A stretch of DNA of 10,534 nt, taken from the UHGV virus genome UHGV-1835124; one strand, written 5' to 3'. The translations under genes and the position numbers were made by a program. Within the stretch, counting starts at the first letter, position 1. Each line of letters opens with the position of its first letter. Below the pieces are notes generated by a model, which worked only from the letters and a program-made list of their open reading frames with translations, searched no databases and was not told the origin of the DNA. Below are positions 6,994-10,534 of this stretch, in pieces. Source of the stretch: a virus.

Positions 6994-7737
6994 TTAACTG
7001 GCTTTCTTTTTCGGGCGTCCACGTTTTGCCGGTGTCACGCTCCGGGTCTTACGCGGGGCGCGGGTGGCCGCTTTTGGCTGCGGCTCCGGCTTCGGTTTCA
7101 GCTCCCGCTCCAGTCGTTCAATCTCTTTTTTGACGCCTGCCTGACAGTCGAGCTGTGTCGCACGTTGCAGGTGAGCCAGCGCACCGGCGGCATCACCAGC
7201 GTCACGCAGAAACAGACCGGTGATTTTGTGCAGCTTTGCGCGCACTTCATCAGGCATGTCAGCCGTGGCGGTCAGTTCAAGGGTGTCCGTCAGCAGGCGG
7301 GGATCCACAGACTCACCGGCAGCGTGAGCGCGCATGGCCGCAAGCGCCACCTCCTCGGTGAACATATACGGCGGGGTGCGGCGGTGTTTACCCGGCATGG
7401 TCAGACCGTACTTCAGGGCATAACGGGCAATCTCCAGCGCACCGGCAATATCGCCGGTATCCAGACGCCACAGCATGACCGTCATCAGAATGTCATCCTG
7501 TGCACCTTTGCCCTGCTCCAGCACGCCGTTCACCCACGGCAACCAGAACGGCAGCAGTTCGCGTTTTTTCGCGGCCTTCAGCTCTTTTGAATAAATCGCT
7601 TTCAGTGTGCGCTGGTCTGCGGCGAGCTTAACCAGCATCTGCTCATAGACAGTTGCATGTCGCAGCGGGGCGGCTTCCCGCTGCGCGGTCATCGCTGCCG
7701 AGACCCGCATCATGTGGCGCTGTGCGGGACTCGTCAT
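6994..7737 (-). CDS. M: Terminase small (endonuclease) subunit M
   Basis: 247-aa ORF beginning MTSPAQRHMMRVSAAMTAQREAAPLRHATVYEQMLVKL with a basic C-terminal tail (PAKRGRPKKKAS); same length as P2 gpM; follows N with a 3-nt gap. Confidence 0.9.
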   Translation of the reverse strand: MTSPAQRHMMRVSAAMTAQREAAPLRHATVYEQMLVKLAADQRTLKAIYSKELKAAKKRELLPFWLPWVNGVLEQGKGAQDDILMTVMLWRLDTGDIAGALEIARYALKYGLTMPGKHRRTPPYMFTEEVALAAMRAHAAGESVDPRLLTDTLELTATADMPDEVRAKLHKITGLFLRDAGDAAGALAHLQRATQLDCQAGVKKEIERLERELKPKPEPQPKAATRAPRKTRSVTPAKRGRPKKKAS

Positions 7738-7740
7738 CGG

Positions 7741-8814
7741 TTACGCTCCCGGCTCTGCGGTCGCCTTAGCCGGTGTGGAGAAATCACCGACCTTAATTTT
7801 TTCCACCAGACAACCGGCGGCGTAGTCTTCCACCACGTAATCAATGTTCATTGACTCGTAGTTCTCCACGCGGTCGAGTTTCGGGTTTTCCTCAATCACG
7901 CGGCGATGGCTGTCATCCATGTAGTAGATGGACAGGTTTTCCAGCTTCGTGATGAGCATCGCATCCGCCGGGAAGTACGGGACGCGTACCGCCGGCAGGT
8001 TACCGATGCGTTTCTGGCTGATGATGACGTCAGCGGCCAGCATTTCGCTGTTGTCCTGCTCCTTGTTGACGATGGGGAAATACTTGTCCGCCAGTAGCTG
8101 ACGCCCCACAATCACCACAAGGTCAGGGTCTTCCTGATACCACGGCTCAATCAGGTTGTTGGTCGCATCCATCACCAGTGCATCGAGGCTGGCATAATCA
8201 CCGCCCTTACCCACGCGGATAACCTCAGAGGTGGTGCGGCCTTCCTCGTCAGTGACCTTGCTCATCACGCGCGCCGGGGCTTCATTGCGGTATTTCTGCA
8301 GCCAGCCGACCGCCACATCCTGCAGCATCGGATTGCTGCTGCGGTCAGAGGTTTCGGCACGCCTCACGCCGTTAAAACCGGCCATGATTAAATCAAGGGA
8401 CTGGCGTTTGATAATGGCGTTACGGACACGGAGCTGGAAATCCTGATAACGCGCCCACAGGTCCAGCGTTTTGTAGCGGATATAAAAATCGAAGTTAATC
8501 TGGTCGCATTCGTACTTGTTTGACGCCAGCTTCGAGAAGTCCTTCGGCTGACGCTCGGTGCCACCGGCGGTGTCGGTGGTGCTGGCGATGGAGCCGGTGA
8601 CACCGATGCCAATTTTTTCCCCTTTCATTTCGCTGACCGGCACAATGTTGATGCGGGTCAGAAAGTCAGAGGACTCCTGCATGGTGTTCATCAGGGTCTG
8701 GGTGACCGACGGTTCAACGGTGAATTTTTTCGACACATCACCGGCGTCGATGCCGTTCAGTTCGGCAACACGGGACAGGTAGGCATTAAATTTAAAGCGG
8801 GTTTCCTGGCGCAT
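7741..8814 (-). CDS. N: Major capsid protein N
   Basis: 357-aa ORF beginning MRQETRFKFNAYLSRVAELNGIDAGDVSKKFTVEPSVTQTL; same length as P2 gpN; AGGA Shine-Dalgarno 7-8 nt upstream of the ATG. Confidence 0.93.
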   Translation of the reverse strand: MRQETRFKFNAYLSRVAELNGIDAGDVSKKFTVEPSVTQTLMNTMQESSDFLTRINIVPVSEMKGEKIGIGVTGSIASTTDTAGGTERQPKDFSKLASNKYECDQINFDFYIRYKTLDLWARYQDFQLRVRNAIIKRQSLDLIMAGFNGVRRAETSDRSSNPMLQDVAVGWLQKYRNEAPARVMSKVTDEEGRTTSEVIRVGKGGDYASLDALVMDATNNLIEPWYQEDPDLVVIVGRQLLADKYFPIVNKEQDNSEMLAADVIISQKRIGNLPAVRVPYFPADAMLITKLENLSIYYMDDSHRRVIEENPKLDRVENYESMNIDYVVEDYAAGCLVEKIKVGDFSTPAKATAEPGA

Positions 8815-8872
8815 AGTTTTTCCTGAAATTAAGGGTTAATCGTGAAGGTTTTCCCGGACTGACTGACGCCGG

Positions 8873-9727
8873 TCAGCAGTTCGTCATCAGGGCGTCACCG
8901 CCACCACCGGTGGCCTTGCTGCGGCGCTGCTGGGTCAGACTTTCGGTGTGGTCGAGACTGTTTTTCAGGCGGGTGAATGCCTGGCTGGTTTCATCCGCCC
9001 TGTCAGTCACATCCTGCTTAAGTGCGGAAAAAGCGGTTTCCATCTCAGCGAGGCGCTGCTCAGTGGCGCTCAGTTTTTCCTGCACATGTTCAGCAACAGC
9101 GGTCACCGCTTCATGCACGTCATTCAGACGGGCGTCATCGCTGGCCTGTTTGCGGCCAAAAATGGACTTCACCTTTTCGGTCAGGGCGGTGAACACGGTT
9201 TCAGGCAGGTCTTCAAATTCCAGCTCAACGGGCGTTGCCACTGAAATCAGGTTTTCAGGGCTTAATTTGAAGCGGTTCAGGGGGTTGTGTTTTGCCGTGC
9301 GGCAGAATTCCAGGTATTCCGTGCCGAGGCTTGCCGGGTCATCGGTGACGGCCAGACCCACCAGATAACATTTGCCTGTATTGGCAAAGTTCGGCTGAAT
9401 TTCCATTGAGGTATAGACCTTCTGCGCGGCCTTGTTCATCGCGATAAGGTCATCGGTCGGGGTGATTTTCGCAAACAGCGCCCATTTGCCTTTCAGCGCC
9501 GAATCATCGTCAATCTTTTCGGCCTTCAGTTCGACCACATCGCCATAACGCTTAAAAATACCGTCAGGCAGGATGCCGCGCAGATGTTCCAGGTTAATGC
9601 GGCAACCATAGACTCGCGGGTCAAAGGTTTCGGCCATTTCCTGAATATCCTGCGCACTGATGACACGCCCGTCACAGGTGTCACCCTCAACGCCGATACG
9701 AAAGAATTTTGAGACTTTTTTTGCCAT
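8873..9727 (-). CDS. O: Capsid scaffolding protein O
   Basis: 284-aa product from the ATG at 9725-9727 (MAKKVSKFFRIGVEGDTCDGRVISAQDIQEMAETFDPRVYG), preceded by an AGGA Shine-Dalgarno; the track ORF 8873..9793 carries a 22-codon 5' extension; length matches P2 gpO. Confidence 0.92.
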   Translation of the reverse strand: MAKKVSKFFRIGVEGDTCDGRVISAQDIQEMAETFDPRVYGCRINLEHLRGILPDGIFKRYGDVVELKAEKIDDDSALKGKWALFAKITPTDDLIAMNKAAQKVYTSMEIQPNFANTGKCYLVGLAVTDDPASLGTEYLEFCRTAKHNPLNRFKLSPENLISVATPVELEFEDLPETVFTALTEKVKSIFGRKQASDDARLNDVHEAVTAVAEHVQEKLSATEQRLAEMETAFSALKQDVTDRADETSQAFTRLKNSLDHTESLTQQRRSKATGGGGDALMTNC

Positions 9728-9900
9728 TGTCAGGAGTCCTGAATAGTGATTAGAGGAGTCACATGTCGGCATCAGTTTCCCGACGATGCGCATCCTCCGC
9801 CATCAGTCCCGGATGGCTTATCACTGACACAACAGCACCTTAGCGAATCGCGGGGCGCGACTCAGTAGCCTTGCCGTGTATTCATCACGGCGAGGTATTC
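9728..9900. promoter_or_regulatory. Divergent late-promoter control region between O (minus) and P (plus)
   Basis: 173-bp non-coding gap between divergent start codons. In P2 the equivalent interval carries the Ogr-activated promoters for the P-Q and O-N-M-L operons. Short palindromes are present (ACATGT at 9761-9766; GATGCGCATC at 9785-9794). I could not locate an exact TGT-N12-ACA activator motif by eye. Confidence 0.55.
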
Positions 9901-10521
9901 ATGACCATCACCACAGACACCACTCTTTTACACGACCCGCGTCGTCAGGCGGCGCTGCTGTACTGGCAGGGATTTTCCGTGCCGCAGATTGCCGCCATGT
10001 TGCAGATGAAACGCCCGACGGTGCAGAGCTGGAAACAGCGCGACGGCTGGGACAGCGTTGCCCCCATCAGCCGTGTCGAAATGAGTCTGGAAGCGCGGCT
10101 GACCCAGCTCATCATCAAACCGCAGAAAACCGGCGGTGACTTCAAGGAAATTGACCTGCTGGGACGCCAGATTGAACGACTGGCACGGGTAAACCGCTAC
10201 AGCCAGACCGGCAACGAGGCAGACCTTAATCCGAACGTCGCTAACCGCAACAAAGGCGGGCGGCGCAAACCGAAAAAGAATTTTTTCAGTGACGAGGCCA
10301 TCGAAAAGCTGGAGCAGATTTTCTTTGAGCAGTCTTTCGACTATCAGTTGCACTGGTATCGCGCCGGGCTTGAGCACCGCATCCGCGATATCCTGAAATC
10401 CCGCCAGATTGGCGCGACGTTCTATTTTTCCCGCGAGGCGTTGTTTCGCTTCGAGAATATCGTCAATAGATACCGGAAGATCGTAGGTAATATGCATTAT
10501 GGCCTCTGTATCTTAATATAA
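9901..10521 (+). CDS. P: Terminase large (ATPase) subunit P, 5' portion; reading frame ends after 207 codons (P2 gpP is about 590 aa), so truncated or interrupted
   Basis: ATG at 9901 preceded by GAGG (9891-9894); translation [44 protein letters not shown] matches my memory of the P2 gpP N-terminus. Divergent from O as in P2. In-frame TAA at 10519-10521 lies in an AT-rich stretch starting near 10440. Confidence 0.8.
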   Translation: MTITTDTTLLHDPRRQAALLYWQGFSVPQIAAMLQMKRPTVQSWKQRDGWDSVAPISRVEMSLEARLTQLIIKPQKTGGDFKEIDLLGRQIERLARVNRYSQTGNEADLNPNVANRNKGGRRKPKKNFFSDEAIEKLEQIFFEQSFDYQLHWYRAGLEHRIRDILKSRQIGATFYFSREALFRFENIVNRYRKIVGNMHYGLCILI

Positions 10522-10534
10522 AGTCAATGACCGG

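Noticed and set aside
6991-7590. 199-aa plus-strand ORF
   Set aside because: Antisense to terminase small subunit M.
9728-9793. 5' in-frame extensions of O (to 9793), L (to 6954) and X (to 6454) in the ORF track
   Set aside because: Internal ATGs with proper Shine-Dalgarno spacing and the operon overlap patterns give the correct lengths (284, 169 and 67 aa); the extensions run into upstream genes or intergenic DNA.
9928-10497. 189-aa minus-strand ORF
   Set aside because: Antisense to the P gene, whose N-terminus and Shine-Dalgarno are clear.
1-10534. Search for CRISPR arrays, tRNA/rRNA genes, integrase, attachment-site repeats and cos
   Set aside because: No direct-repeat/spacer arrays or tRNA-like cloverleaf candidates seen. 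Integrase, att and cos are expected elsewhere in a P2-like genome (cos beside Q, int/att at the far end), not in this late-gene window.

Overview
Almost the whole window is one P2-family (Peduovirus-like) late-gene block, read on the minus strand from right to left: head genes O-N-M-L, then X, the lysis cassette Y-K-lysA-lysB with lysC embedded, tail completion R-S, and baseplate/tail fibre V-W-J-I-H. The 5' part of the divergent terminase ATPase gene P sits on the plus strand at the right edge, across a 173-bp control region from O. Gene order, protein lengths and N-terminal sequences match my memory of coliphage P2; no database search was possible. Genes are tightly packed with frequent start/stop overlaps, and I found no inserted cargo (defence, toxin, integrase, tRNA, CRISPR) between them. 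The canonical P2 cargo hotspots (Z/fun, tin/old) lie outside this window. The only unusual signals are at the two edges. The tail-fibre ORF H stops at 284 aa (about 670 expected) with a non-homologous, AT-rich 3' end, and P stops at about 207 aa (about 590 expected) at an AT-rich junction. Both look like recombination, deletion or insertion boundaries, but the partner sequence is outside the window, so I cannot say which. Most long plus-strand ORFs in the track are antisense artefacts of GC-rich coding DNA.
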